From: Octopus bimaculoides
Lineage: Eukaryota
NCBI RefSeq assembly: GCF_001194135.2
Contig: NC_068992.1
Span: 27,491,128 to 27,555,127 of the forward strand
Reading direction: 5' to 3'
Length of the DNA stretch: 64,000 bases
In this document: positions 13,078-25,879 of the stretch, piece after piece
Layout: every line of letters starts with the position of its first letter
Numbering within the stretch: position 1 is the stretch's first letter
The notes under the pieces: generated by a model
The model's input: the letters and a program-made list of their open reading frames with translations, nothing else
Told to the model about the DNA's origin: nothing
Database searches by the model: none
Made by a program: the position numbers and the translations under genes

Positions 13078-14076
13078 ATATTAATAGAATATTAGAAACA
13101 TATCCAAGATCAGCCACTATCATATATAAGCACATGTTATGCAATGTTAAATTATAAGGCACCAAAAGAGAATGATTCTCCCCAGACACAACAGAATATG
13201 CTTCAACGCACAAACTCACATAAAGAATCTTGCAAACCAAATCCCAAAACGAAATTTTTATATTTTGTTTGACCAGAATTTAGAAAAGTTGTTGCCTAAG
13301 GGTGAGTAATGATAATTTTACAAGGGCAGCATTCAAATTTGAAATTTTATTTTATTGTAATAATTGACAGTCAATATACAATTACATTTGGAATAAAGAA
13401 GCATTCAACTAAGATTCTTTAAGAAATGAATTAAAAGCATTTTCTACAACCTTTGCTATAATAAGAATGGTAAATGATTGTAATATTTTAGGCATTTTAA
13501 AGAATGAGCAATTATTATTTTACCTCAAGTCAATCCTGATGAAACACACCTATAATCAAAAGCATAACAGCTGTGGCTATCCTGTCTTCTTTTATAAAAG
13601 TTTAAAACTAGGGTTGCATTATGTCATTCCTTTATAAGTCAGTAAGTTTAATTTGACAGAGATTTAGTCACTGTTTGTAGCCTGTAGAATACCTAAGTAG
13701 AGTCCCTTTGGTTTGAAGAATGAACAGCTGTAAGAAGGAATGGAAAAATCTCACCTATTTATCTATATTTAACCCCCTCAGTTTCTCTTTTACTTTTGTC
13801 ACTAAGTCAGTTTTGTAGTAAAAATACCAAACCAAATTTTAGCAGAGAATCTACATACATATATAATAGTCTTTCACTGGTTTCAGCCTTCGCCCATTGG
13901 CCATACTAGAGCACTGACATCAACGCTTTTATTCAATATCTCGACCTCAGTACTACAACAGGTATTTATTCTAACAACCTCATGTAGGTAGAAAGGGATG
14001 TAACTCAGACTAAATACCACAAAGTACATTTGCAACACTGATTTTGTTTGACACTCCTTTACTAACGTCCTTTTAG

Positions 14077-14094
14077 ATACATACACACATAAAC
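14077..14094 (+). other. Candidate 18-nt microexon
   Basis: TACTAAC 14060-14066, gtccttttag acceptor, exon ATACATACACACATAAAC, donor GTAAGT 14095-14100. Branch point is unusually close to the AG. Confidence 0.25.
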
Positions 14095-14619
14095 GTAAGT
14101 ATCGTTGACTTACAGCCGAAGTTATATAAAATAATTTTAGCTAATTTACGCGAGATGTTTAAAAATTTGGTGTACACAACGATCCAGCATATAGTCGGTG
14201 TTTTTATGTTTATATAAATGAAATAAACGGGAAGAATGAACCTCAATACACTACTTGAAGGCAAGGTAGAATATTTACTTCGTGGGACATCTAGAAGTTT
14301 TGGTAATTATTCACTATGTCAGCCGTTGTTGAACTTACGACACTTAATTATTTAAGCTAGACAATGTAGGGTAGTAATTGAGATTACGAGTGATTAGTAT
14401 GTAGATTGAGCAGGAACTAAGCAGTTACTTTATGTATCTATGAATTTTAATAACCTCTAAGTAATAATATAAGGTAAAATATCTTCAGAGTGCTCTACTA
14501 GAGGAATATGAGTTAGGACACTTAAACACATACCAGCTGCTATAACACAGATGTACACACACGCAACTATACAGCACATTATAGTTTAATCACACACCAC
14601 AATTTCTATCTACCAAATT

Positions 14620-14705
14620 TCTTCATCAATCCGAAGTTAAATAGTAACATGATGGGATCGAACCGAGAACATATGAGTATATGCGAACTTTTCAACCATG
14701 CATAT
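14620..14705 (-). mobile_element. CORE-type SINE head, diverged
   Basis: tctatctaccaaatt...gggatcgaaccgagaacatatg...cttttcaaccatgc resembles the head of families B/C. Confidence 0.45.
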
Positions 14706-15228
14706 ACTTACACACATATATGCTTATTTACTAAGCAATAAGGGAATTAACATTTGTTTTCTTTCCTATCTGCATATTGTAGAAAGAGAAAGGCAACGTG
14801 AATTAAAACTGTTTGTCCCACAATTAACTGGTATTTTCTAAAGCTTAAAACCTTAATTCTTGACATAATATATAGAAATCCAGTAGGGAGTTATTTCCCT
14901 TTCAACGCAGGCTACTGAAGTTTTGAAGGGTTACTTATATGTATTTACTCTCTCTCTCTCTCTCTCTCAATAGCACCGAAGGACCTGCAAAATTTACATA
15001 CTTCCATTGAATGGAAATAATTTGTTTTTATGTCACGCAGCATTTATGGGTTAATGATTATGGTAATCTTCTCACAGTTTAAAGTGTTCAGCTGATCGAG
15101 GCTCTCCATTTAATTAAGAGGACAACAGTGTGTTCCTCCACCCATCTGTGAAAGGACCCAAATTGTTGAAAGCGAGATAAACGAAAGTAACGAATCACAA
15201 CGAAATTACTGCAATGATATATCACGGC

Positions 15229-15238
15229 CCATAGCAAC
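15229..15238 (+). promoter_or_regulatory. RFX X-box half-site candidate (CCATAGCAAC)
   Basis: Matches the right half of GTTNCCATGGCAAC; lies in a CpG-rich segment about 110 bp upstream of a plus-strand donor (gtaagg at 15352). Confidence 0.3.
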
Positions 15239-17183
15239 AGGCGGACATCAAAGAGACCACTTCACCCCGTTACAAATTATTCTCTGGAGCGTGAAAGGTG
15301 GGATAGGAAAACCAGATTGTAGAAGTGGGAGACGAGAGAGGGAGGGAGCGTGTAAGGTTTGTAGATCCTCTAATGTGGGTCGGCGATTAGATGGAAGCTA
15401 CCCACAAATCGAGTCCGTTAACACAGTTTCTAACGCACTTGTAGTAGTTTTTACCGGTTGTGCTCTATTTTGGGACATTAACGTCACAACTTCCACTCCT
15501 ATACACCTTTAAGTTTAATGAATTTGATGTATGATTTCAATTGGTTTCATTCGTGTATAAAACGGATTCTTAGTTTTCTGTAAATTTCATTTTCTAGTGT
15601 CAAATAAATTGCTACAACGTTTTTCTCTAACAAAGCACAGTACCAATTTCCTTTCGGAGAAGTATTATCCGACCTCGTTGGGATGAAATTTGAGCTGATC
15701 CGGAATTAAAAGAGGGATACTGTAATCCATTTGTTTCCGTTTTCACCTGTCTTGGAACATATATCCGACGTTTTCATAAGAAATTAAACAAATGATTATA
15801 CTGAGAATGTTTGTTCGCATCCACATAGGTAGATAGGTGTGTGTGTGTGTGTAAAAGAGGTTGGCTGACCAACATCTGATTTACAGGGAGAAAGCGTGTA
15901 CAAATAAAAGACAGCATAAGAAAGAGAACACAAAAAGGTCCTCTTTAAAATCGAAAAATAATTCCTACACAATAATAATGAAACTGTTGTGATATAACTG
16001 AAACAGTTGACAACAAACAACAGTTGACAACTTAGTAGTAATTTTTTTATACACACAATTCTTTTATACACACAACACACTTCAAAAGAAATATGAACCG
16101 ACACCTGATGATTAATCAGAACCACAAACATCATCCATCATCTTCAATGTACCAACACCACATACATCAATTCAAAATCCCGAACAGGAAGTTTTCATTG
16201 TAATTCATCATTGATACAATTTAATGGATGTGTAGGGGGGTGGTGAGAGAGAGATACAGACAGAGAAAGTGCATGAGAGTGATTACGTGTATATACATCA
16301 GCACACATGTGTGTGCGTGTCTGTGTGAGTGCGTGTGTGTGTGCGCGTGTTTATATGAACATGTATGAAGCGTCCCAAAGTGGAATGGACTGAAGGTGAT
16401 CGGACCAGAAAATGCTTCATTAAAATACATTGAACAGTCAATCAGTATTAGGAAACATTCGTTCTTTATGAATTGTTGTTTCTATGCTCGACACTTTAAA
16501 CTTATTTTCACAATTAATAATATAATTAGATCTTACAGGAACCAGCTCCTTTCCAATCTCATTCCCCTCCCCCATCATCATCATCACCATCAATATTGTA
16601 CTTTACTGTTTCCCAATATAGATAACAATCAAGATAAAGAATGGTGATCTTTTGATATTGCATTATAAATGTATCGACCATTCTTCAACAATAATCTTTT
16701 GGCAACCTAAAAGTTACAGGGTTTTAAAAATGACGTCTTCGCCACAGTCTCTGTCTCTCTCTCTCTCTCTCCCTCTCTCTGAAGCACATACATACAAAGT
16801 TGCATAAGCATTCAACAGGTGAGTAAATTGAATTCTATAAACTGCACTTACAGAATCTTATAGCAATAGTTATTTCCATAAAAAAAAAGGAATGGTGGTA
16901 AGAAATACAGCAATCTTCATTTAAAATTACAGCCAACTGAATTAAATTGATCCATTGAAAGAAATATAATTCTCAAACAAAAAATGTATATACGTCTAAT
17001 TAAAGGTAAAAACCACTACCTGTTCAGCAGTATAATATCTGTTATGTGCCTCTCTCTTTTTTTTTCCTTCACCGTCTTCAAAGTCCCTGAGAAACAGTTT
17101 TTTTTTCTTCTTTTTCTTAAAAGGAGAATGTAATAAAATGCCTGTTGTCTGGCTGTACTCCTAACATGTATTGTTTCCTGCAG

Positions 17184-17276
17184 CAGTAAAGCTGCTACTG
17201 GCCGCTATACTCCACTGCTACTCTAAATGATATTTGTAGTAGTAGTAGTAGTAGTGGTGGTGATGGTGGTGGAGGT
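17184..17276 (+). other. Candidate non-coding exon
   Basis: cctaac branch ~17160, ttgtttcctgcag acceptor, donor gtgagt 17277; stops in all three frames; upstream donor cag|gtgagt at 16818/16819. Confidence 0.3.
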
Positions 17277-17410
17277 GTGAGTGCTACTGCTAGTCTGGTC
17301 ATTCTCGTTGCTACAGCTTACCTGGTTAATAACCGCAGACCCAATCAGTCGTATCGACTCGAGATCCCCTCTCCCTTCCCATCATATTTTATAATACACT
17401 AGAATGCGAT

Positions 17411-17464
<54 letters not shown>

Positions 17465-18559
17465 TCGAGAGGAGAATTCTTTAGTTTTATTTTCTTCACT
17501 CTCAGTTCGTCGACAGATAGGAAACACAGTACGCAGTTTCTATCACACATTCTGTAAAACGGTTACACGTTTTTCTTTCACTTTATTTCTGTATTGTCCC
17601 GATTAAGTAGACACACGCGGAAAGCTATTGAGAAATAAACAATCCGCAATATTTTTGATTCATATTGTTTTTTTTTTCATTTTACATCCCTTCGAATGTA
17701 AGTGTGTGATTCACCGTTGCGTTCGAACTGGTATAACATACTCTCCCGTTTGTTACATAAGCATCCAGGTGAGGCAACTTTGGTGGCCAGTTTCATTCCA
17801 CTCTCGTTTCACTTCACCTACAATTTAAAGTCCCATGTTAATCTAAAGATTAGAGCAGTAAAATATATTCAGATTCTGAGGTGATCTGAAAAAAAACAAT
17901 AAACTCTCTCCTGTCCTACCCTGAGCTATACATCTCTTTAAGTAGTGATATTTTACCGTTAATACGCGTATATGTTGGGATTCTCCCGAGTAAATCCTTC
18001 AGTTCTTTAACGCAGTTTGCATATTCTTTGTATAATGCATGTGAATGTAATTATAGGCAGAAAGAATTCAGAGTGTCACAAAGAAACGCGTGTTCAATTA
18101 CCACTTTGCTCGTCTTTTTTATGTACATGTTTATATTATATCTTCCCTTTAACAGAGAATAAACATATATAATTATAGAATTCAGGAATCGAGAATTTGT
18201 AAAGTTTGTACTTTACCTAAATGTACTATGTAGCAAATGAATAGTTGCTTATCAAGCTAATGGTAACAACTTTTGTGCAATATGTTTCCATCTCTAATGG
18301 AAGTATTTCAAACAGATCATCAAATTAAATGTCCAGAAAATATCATTAAAGTTAGATTACTTCTTCCGTGCAAGAAAACACTTTAACACTGTATTCCAGT
18401 TAAATATATTCTATGTACTTGTCTCTCTTCCTCTCAAATCAATCAATATGCCATACATTCTCCAGAATAGCAGCCTTGTGAACCATTAGTCACCCTTTTC
18501 TCCCCAGTTAGCAATAATTTAGGCCACAAAGTTTAGAAATGTTTGTAAAAACTAAAACC

Positions 18560-19940
18560 CGAAGACTGAATGACTCCAAATCATTTTATAGAGGATTGTC
18601 AAAATACTTGGCTGATGTCTCATATCTTAAGGTGCTCAGCAGAACTCTGGGTATATTTGCATATTATGCAAAATGGATCCATAAATTCCAATAAAATAAT
18701 ATTCTTATCAGAAACACAATAATATCCTCAAAGTCAAAAGCACTTAATACCTTTCATACTTTTGAAAAGTAATTACAACCATCTCCCTTGTAGCTATTGA
18801 TGAAACTTCAACTTTCATTCTTGAGTTTGATGAGGCTGATGTTTCAACTACTCTAAGACAAGATAACAGACCTGTTGCTTTCGTGTCAAGTACTCTTGGT
18901 CTTGTAAGTAAACTTACACTATTCATGAACAGAGAAAGAAATCAAATTGCCATTTTACTCTTATCACTGTTCAACAGTTGGATAATGGAAATAACAAGAT
19001 ATTGGAATATCATTTTCAGCTTCCATCTTTTTCTGGCACTACNNNNNNNNNNCATCCCAGAAAAAAAAAAAAAAAACTATGTTGTATCAGGTGCACTGAC
19101 ATGTAACTTCTGAGCATTTATTTTGCCATTTACATTATCTGAAACACACAAAGGGGCATCATGTCCAGAAATAACAAGAATGCTTCATTTTGTGCAATCT
19201 GAAAATTCATCTTACCTTCTGAGGGTTGTTAAAGGACCTATTTGTCTTGCTGTCTGTGTGCAAGTTTTAAGCTTCAGTTATTTCATTCACTACAAGGTAC
19301 ACTTATCAAGTCTACTCATCATATGGAGTAAGTTTAGTGACATCAGTATCAACACTCACTCACAATAAATATCTCTTTGAAGCCATTGAAGAACTCCCAC
19401 ACTTTCCTTTTTTTATTTGCAATATCTTATTCAAAAATGAGTTCTTAAACTGCTATAAAAATATCTATATCAAATTTTAACATTGAATACCACTGCAGGA
19501 TACATTCCTATCATTTTAGGTCATCATTGCTTACAAAGGATGTAAAGACCATTTGAATAAACAAGGAATCATCAAACACAAAACTATCCCTTACAACCCA
19601 TGTGGCAATGATTTCATTGAAGGATACTATGGGATTATCCAGTAAGCTATTAAGTTATCTCTCCTAATATACAGTCACTCTGTTTCTTATCGAGAGGCAG
19701 TATTTTCTGATACACTATCCTCACTCAATAAGTTCTTTACTCAGTACAGTTATAACTTATGAAGGACATTTTGGTTTTAAGAGTGTTCTGCCAATGGTAA
19801 TACATTACCAGCTTGGCTAACATCCCCTCGTAAAGTTTTATTGCACCAAATTGATCCATATGTTCGTGAGATGGAGTTCCCAGAACTAAATCCATTGTAT
19901 GCATATGTGAATTTTCTAAATCATAAAGAATCAAAAGCAC
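18560..19940 (+). mobile_element. Ty3/gypsy LTR retrotransposon pol remnant (RT thumb, RNase H, integrase)
   Basis: LSRTLGIFAYYAKWI; AIDETSTFILEFDEADVSTTLRQDNRPVAFVSSTL; ETHKGASCPEITRMLHFVQSEN; KTIPYNPCGNDFIEGYYGII; LPAWLTSPRKVLL..ELNPLYAYVNF, in gypsy domain order. Confidence 0.9.
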
Positions 19941-20005
19941 TATTCTATGATTTTGCATAATTTTTACTCCTTAGTTATAATGAAATTTCTACAGAATCAT
20001 ATATT

Positions 20006-20218
20006 CTTTTCTACTCTAGGCACAAGGCCTGAAATTTTGGGGGATGGGCTAGTCGATTAGATCGACCCAGTAAGCAACTGGTTGTTAATTTATTGACCCC
20101 AAAAGGATGAAAGGCAAAGTCGACCTCGGCGGAATTTGAACTCAGAACATAAAGACAGACGAAACACCACTAAGCATTTAGCCCGGCATGCTAACGATTC
20201 TGCCAGCTCGCTGCCTTA
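20006..20218 (-). mobile_element. SINE family A, young copy
   Basis: Retains many CpGs; probable TSD gaatcatatatt (19994-20005) / gaatcacatatt (20221-20232). Confidence 0.95.
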
Positions 20219-21088
20219 CCGAATCACATATTGACAATGCAACATCTTTGGTGCAAAATATCTCAACTTTTACATTACTGTAACAAATGCTGCTGCCTTC
20301 TTCTCAATAAATTAAATCACCTGAGCAAAAAAAAGTCAAGGAATTTGAAAATGGTCGACTCAAGCATCCATGACTTTTGACAGACTTGGGTGTACTTTTA
20401 ACAACCAGGGGAAAATAAAAAAGAAATGCAGATATGTTCATTTAGTGTTTAAAATTGCTACATGTCCTGTATTATGTGCTCCATTCTACTTAGACATATT
20501 TAGTCATTAGTTCTTATATTAATATACTTCTTTATTATATTTGAGTGAAATAAAACCTTTTAATTGATATTCCGTATTTCATCAAACATTAATTACATAC
20601 AAGGACCTTACATTATTACCATCTCTTAGTCAGTAAGTTATAAAAGAACTAAATTTTTGCCTTTCCTAATGAATTCCGAAACAAATTAGAAATTCAGAAA
20701 CAAGTATAAAGGGAAAATCAGATGTGCTAAGGGATGGGGATGATAAACAACTTTGTTGAATAAAAAAAACCCAAAAAGTATATATAATAGAATTCTAATG
20801 ATAAAATGAAAAAGCTATTCAAACAAAAAATTATTAACAGGAATAAAAATGGATGGAGGGAAAGAAAGCCAAAAGGTGTTGAACAATAGAAGTGATTCAT
20901 TACATAAAAATTTAAAGATGAAGTTAGTGAATTCAATTACTGGGAGTGAAATTAATGACAATTTCTCACCATTGAAAATAATGAGATATAGAAGAAACGA
21001 TATTAGTAATGAGTAAACTGATGTTTATTAGTAATAATGATATCATGGCAAAGATGATTATATAGGATTCATAGTGTTATCTAATATT

Positions 21089-21331
21089 CTTTTCTACTCT
21101 AGGTACAAGGCCCAAAATTTTTGGGGAGGGGGCCAGTCGATTAGATCGACCCCAGTACACAACTGGTACTTAATTTATTAACCCCAAAAGGCAATTTATC
21201 GATTTATTAATTTATCAACTCGAAAAGGCAAAGTTGAGCTCGGTGAAATTTGAACTCAGAACATAAAGACAGACAAAATACTGTTAAGCATTTCGCCTGG
21301 CGTGCTAACATTTCTGGCAGCTCGCCGCCTT
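21089..21331 (-). mobile_element. SINE family A with small internal duplication
   Basis: Perfect 18-bp TSD atagtgttatctaatatt (21071-21088, 21332-21349); aatttatc repeated around 21170-21220. Confidence 0.95.
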
Positions 21332-21579
21332 ATAGTGTTATCTAATATTGTTTTCTTTCCATACTCTTTTGTTTTTTCCCCGACAACATTTAAGGTTATT
21401 TTAGTAAAAGGAAAGGAGTTTGAAAAATTAACTGAATCTCAGTGTATTACTGATATTTTAATAAGTTCAATGAGGAAAACTTGACTATGATAAATTTTAC
21501 CACATCAAGCTTAACAGATTATTTAGTCTGAGTTTCTACTCTTTGAAGTCTCACCATCCCTTGGGCTGTTATTTTTTAT

Positions 21580-21950
21580 TGTTTACTTGTTTCAATCATT
21601 AGACTACAGTCATGCTGGAACACTGGCTTGGAGAATTTTTTAGTTGAATGAATCAACCCTGGTACTTATTTTTTAAACCTGGTACTTGTTCTATCAGACT
21701 CTTTTCCCAAGCTGCTTAGTTATAGGGATGTAAACATACCAGCACCAGTTGTCAAGCAGTAATGGAAAACAAATGCAGCCAAACACACACACATACATAT
21801 ACACACAATGGGCTTCTTTCAGCTTCCATCTACCAAATCCACTGACAAAGCTTTGGTCAGCTCGAGGCTAAAGTAGAAACACTTGCCCAAGTTGCCACAC
21901 ATTATGAATGAATCCGGAACCATGTGGTTCGGAAGCAAGCTTCTTACTAC
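21580..21950 (-). mobile_element. SINE family B, full length
   Basis: Tail ttgtttcaatcattagactacagtcatgctggaacac, body, (CA)n linker, then CORE/tRNA head gggcttctttcag...gcaagcttcttac. Confidence 0.85.
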
Positions 21951-23659
21951 ATACACGTTTATAATGACTTTTTCTACTTAGACATAAAGCTTCAGACATA
22001 TAATGGAGGCAAAATTAAATTACAACATCTATGTTTTTCTCAAATATATTAGTAAAATATGTTTCTTATAGAATGTCTCAAAGTTCTAAGGCTGGGAAAT
22101 GAATATGTGACCACATTGTTAGAGTACCACCAAAGATCTCATCTTCAAGGGACAAATACACTGAAGAGGTTTTACACTGGTTATTTTTTTTTTAAACTCA
22201 GTACTGTCAGTTTATGATACACTTGTTAATTTGACAGTGCTGCCACTGCCAACATTAGTGATGGTAATTCAAAGGTAGGTAAATCTGATTGTTGAGTCAG
22301 GCTTGGCCAGGGAGACAGATAATAATATGCAAACCTTTGATCTTTTAATTTACTATCCACCCCAACCAACTTGGTTATCCACACTCTCCACAAGAACTTC
22401 AGTGCTCTAAAAATTAATGATTATTTGAAATGGAAACTGTCCTACTGAGAAGTGGAACTGGATTCTAAACTCAGCTAGCTCACCAGAAATCTAATACTCT
22501 CCCTGTACTTCCTCTGCCAAGCTAATATTGATGATGACAATATTTTTTTCATATAATAAAGATATTGCATGCCATATAGTTTCTCTCAATTTATCTATCT
22601 AATACATCTCTCTTTTCCCTCTTTTTGTGAGTAATGTTATGCAGTTCACATCAATAGTGACAACCACCTAACACTATGGCAATACACAAAGATTTGAACT
22701 TGATTTTACAACAGCAGCATGGCATCATATGAACTAGGCTTTACACACTAATAAAAACGAAGACAATATTCTATACAAAGAAAGAGAAAGCATAGATTTC
22801 AATCATTGTAAGACAATCAAAACAGCACACATCACTAGAGAAAATACAAATAAATAGATTGATCAATGAATGAAACAAGTTATACATTATTTTATTATAC
22901 AAAATTATATGTATGTGTGTGTGTGTGTACACATGTGAGTATATATAAATGTATGTATATACATATGTATACACACACACAAGTATGTATATATCTATGT
23001 GCATGTATATATCTATGCATGCATGCACTCACGCACATGCATTCATGCACAAAGTAAAAATCAAAGGTGAATTTATTCTGATCTTAACACTTGAGTAAGT
23101 TCTAAAGGGAAACTAGACAAAGATTTCAAGTCCAGCTGATATCACTGCTTAGTGGTTATTTCCAGCTCCCTTTATATGGAAAACACCCATTTTCAGACCA
23201 CAGATATTATTGACAAGGAATTCTCTAATCTATTTTTCAGCAATTTCCACTCATCTACACTTATTTCCTTATTCATATTAAAAAAAACAATCCTAATATT
23301 GATATCCTTAAAACCAAGCATTTCAAACTAAACATTTTTAGTCCCCAAATAGTTTACTTTTATACATGGATAACACTGCCAAATGTCAGTTTTCAAACAG
23401 AAAGAAACAGCAGATTATGTTTTGCGGGATAAATATAGTGACACAGAGTTAAGTAAAGTTTTAACATTCATGCCTTTTCAAAAGCAGTAACAGTGAAGGG
23501 TTATATAGAAATATAGTCAGGTGACTTAGTAGATAACATTTTCCCATGATCAGACCTGTTTACATGAAGACTGAAAAATGAATGACACTGCTTGTATAGC
23601 AATGAAATTTATTTACAACTATCAGGTGATGTCATGACAAGGTGGCACAAACACAGATA

Positions 23660-23830
23660 CACACATATACAACAGGCATCTTTCAGTTTCCAGTCACCAA
23701 AGCACCTCACATGACTTTGATCAGCCTGGAGTTACAGTAGATGTTGTACATGGTGTTACACAGTACAGCTGAATCTGAAACCAAGTGATTGCAAAACAAA
23801 CTTCTTAGTCACATAGCCATACCTGCACCT
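23660..23830 (-). mobile_element. CORE-type SINE head
   Basis: ggcatctttcagtttccagtcaccaaa..gactttgatcagcctggag..gaaaccaagtgattgcaaaac..cacatagccatacctgcacc. Confidence 0.7.
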
Positions 23831-24099
23831 ATATAAGAAATATTTGTATATACACAGGCAGGTATCGTTAGGAATATGTATATAGGAATATGTATATAGG
23901 AATATGTGTGCATGTATGTCTGCCTACTCTCTATTCTTTGAAAGCTTGTCACATCCTCTAACACTTACATCTCTTAATCCTCACATCACACTCCTTATTT
24001 ATTACTTCCAGTCAGTCTAAATGCACCTATTCTTACATTTTTTCCACCATTCTTTGTGGTTCCACAAGTACAGGACCCACTGACTTTTAATTCACCAGG

Positions 24100-24800
24100 A
24101 AAGTTAATGGAGAAAGTACCCATTGTATGTCAAAGATGCACAAGAGCCATAAAGATCAAGGATATATGGGGAAACTGATTTTCTCAAATTACCTGGTAGC
24201 TCCCTAAAATTTGTAGATAGTTTCAGTTAATTGGGAGACCTAATTAACTGTGGAGGAGGATGTTCTGAAAGCATAGTTGCAAGAATAAGATAGAGAAAGT
24301 TCAGGGAACTATTACCTCTGTTGGATGCAATAGTTTTCTCTCTCCATGTAAAAGGCAGATTGTATGATGCTTGTGTATGAACAGCAATGCTACATGGTAA
24401 TGAGAAGTGGACTATGGATGCAGAGGACATACAAAGAATAGAGAGGAATGAAACTAGTATGTTCCATTGAATGTGCAGCATCAGTGTACATGTATGACAA
24501 AGTACTAAGATTTTAAGAGAAAAATTAGGCATAAGAGGAATCAGATGTAGTGTGCTGATTTGGTCATGTGATACATATGGAGGAGGACAGCTACATAAAG
24601 TGGATGGGACATGGGGATGAGGGAGGACTGGGAAGAAATGGGATGTTGTAGCGAAGACTGAACTCAAGTTGTTGAACCTCATAGAGAAAATGACAAAGGA
24701 CTGAGAAAACTGGTGATTCACTATACTCAAGGAGTCCTGTCCAACACAGCAAAGATGATGTCCTAAAAGCATTGTGGTTATGCTTGTAACCCATTCTACT
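24100..24800 (+). mobile_element. RTE LINE 3' ORF remnant
   Basis: GDLINCGGGCSESIVARIR.RKFRELLPLL; LREKLGIRGIRCSV. Confidence 0.85.
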
Positions 24801-24979
24801 GCACCAAACATTCCTCACATCACATTCATCTTATACCCAGCCCTCCTTCACTCCACTATCTATGTTACTACTTGGTGACTGTAGGCACTTGAGGAGAGTA
24901 TTGGCACATATTATTCCCCCTACTTTTTTGCACCACCAGTTACCTCTTCCCCCATTATCTTCTCTTCTCAACTCATACA

Positions 24980-25025
<46 letters not shown>

Positions 25026-25039
25026 GTTTCTTTCAATTT

Positions 25040-25170
25040 CCATCCATCAAATCCTCTCACAAGCCATTTGTCAGCCCAAGGCTATAGTAGAAAACACTTT
25101 CCCAAAGTGTCATGCAGAGAGATTGAACCTGAAACCATGTGGTTGAGAAGCAAACTTAACTACACATCTA
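25040..25170 (-). mobile_element. CORE-type SINE head
   Basis: ctcacaagccatttgtcagcccaaggctatagtagaaaacactttcccaaag..gaaaccatgtggttgagaagcaaac. Confidence 0.75.
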
Positions 25171-25189
25171 TGCCTACATATATATAATA

Positions 25190-25850
25190 ATCATCATCAT
25201 CTTTTAACATTTATCTTCCAGGCTGCATGCACCAGATAGTTTGGACAGAATCCAACAGATCAGAGGACTGCATTGTGCTCCAAGTCTGCTTTGACACAAT
25301 TTTCTGGCTGGATACCTCTCCTAGCACTAATCACTTTACAGAGTGTACTGAGTGCATTTTTTGAAGTACCAGCACTATTTGAGGTCACCACATAGCTCAC
25401 AAAGCTAAGATCAGTATGAGTATAGAGGGTGTAGCTTTATGCTGGATGATGAAAGGGTCAGAGTATGAAGGAAGGAGTAAGAATAGATTTCTTGCTGTTG
25501 AAGAGATATATGGCTGCTCACATTATACAAATACAGGGTGGGAGTATTCAGTGTGGCACTGGAAAAAGAAATAAAGATAGCGGTGACTAAGTGTTGGAGT
25601 AGGCTCTGGAGACAGAAGAATAGGACATGAAGTTGGATAGTAGCAAAAATGTATGGAGGGAGTATGAGATGGTAAGAAATAGGGTAACAGTGTAAAAATA
25701 CTGAATGATAAACAAAGGTTAATAATTATGAGTTAAAAAGAAGTTAGGGGAGAGATGATAACTAGAGGTTGGAAATATATAAGGGTGATTAATGATACAT
25801 ATGAACTGGGGAATAGGTGTTCATTGATGTTACCAAGGGGTGGGGAGCAG
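25190..25850 (-). mobile_element. RTE 3' UTR and tail
   Basis: catcatcatc..tttaacattt..ctggatacctctcctagcactaatcactttacagagtgtactg followed by a purine-rich tract; reverse of 6700-7478. Confidence 0.75.
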
Positions 25851-25879
25851 CAGGACAGAAATAGTGAGATTAAGTGTGG

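Larger units (their letters stand above)
13880..18100. promoter_or_regulatory. CpG-retaining, promoter-like zone
   Basis: CG dinucleotides are visibly frequent at 13.9-14.35, 15.1-15.8 and 17.3-18.1 kb and scarce in the flanks. CCAAT (attgg ~13895), half X-box 15229, ETS-like caggaagt ~16185, tgacgtc ~16731, several strong donors. Confidence 0.6.

Noticed and set aside
13880-13995. TGATG and CTGA motifs on the minus strand suggesting a C/D snoRNA
   Set aside because: No proper RUGAUGA box C, terminal stem or recognisable guide.
15291-15512. 73-aa ORF in the CpG-rich zone
   Set aside because: GTG start, crosses a good donor at 15352, no homology; more likely 5' UTR and intron.
20220-20321. 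Minus-strand segment with strong acceptor and donor
   Set aside because: Stops in all frames, and the donor is contributed by the SINE head.
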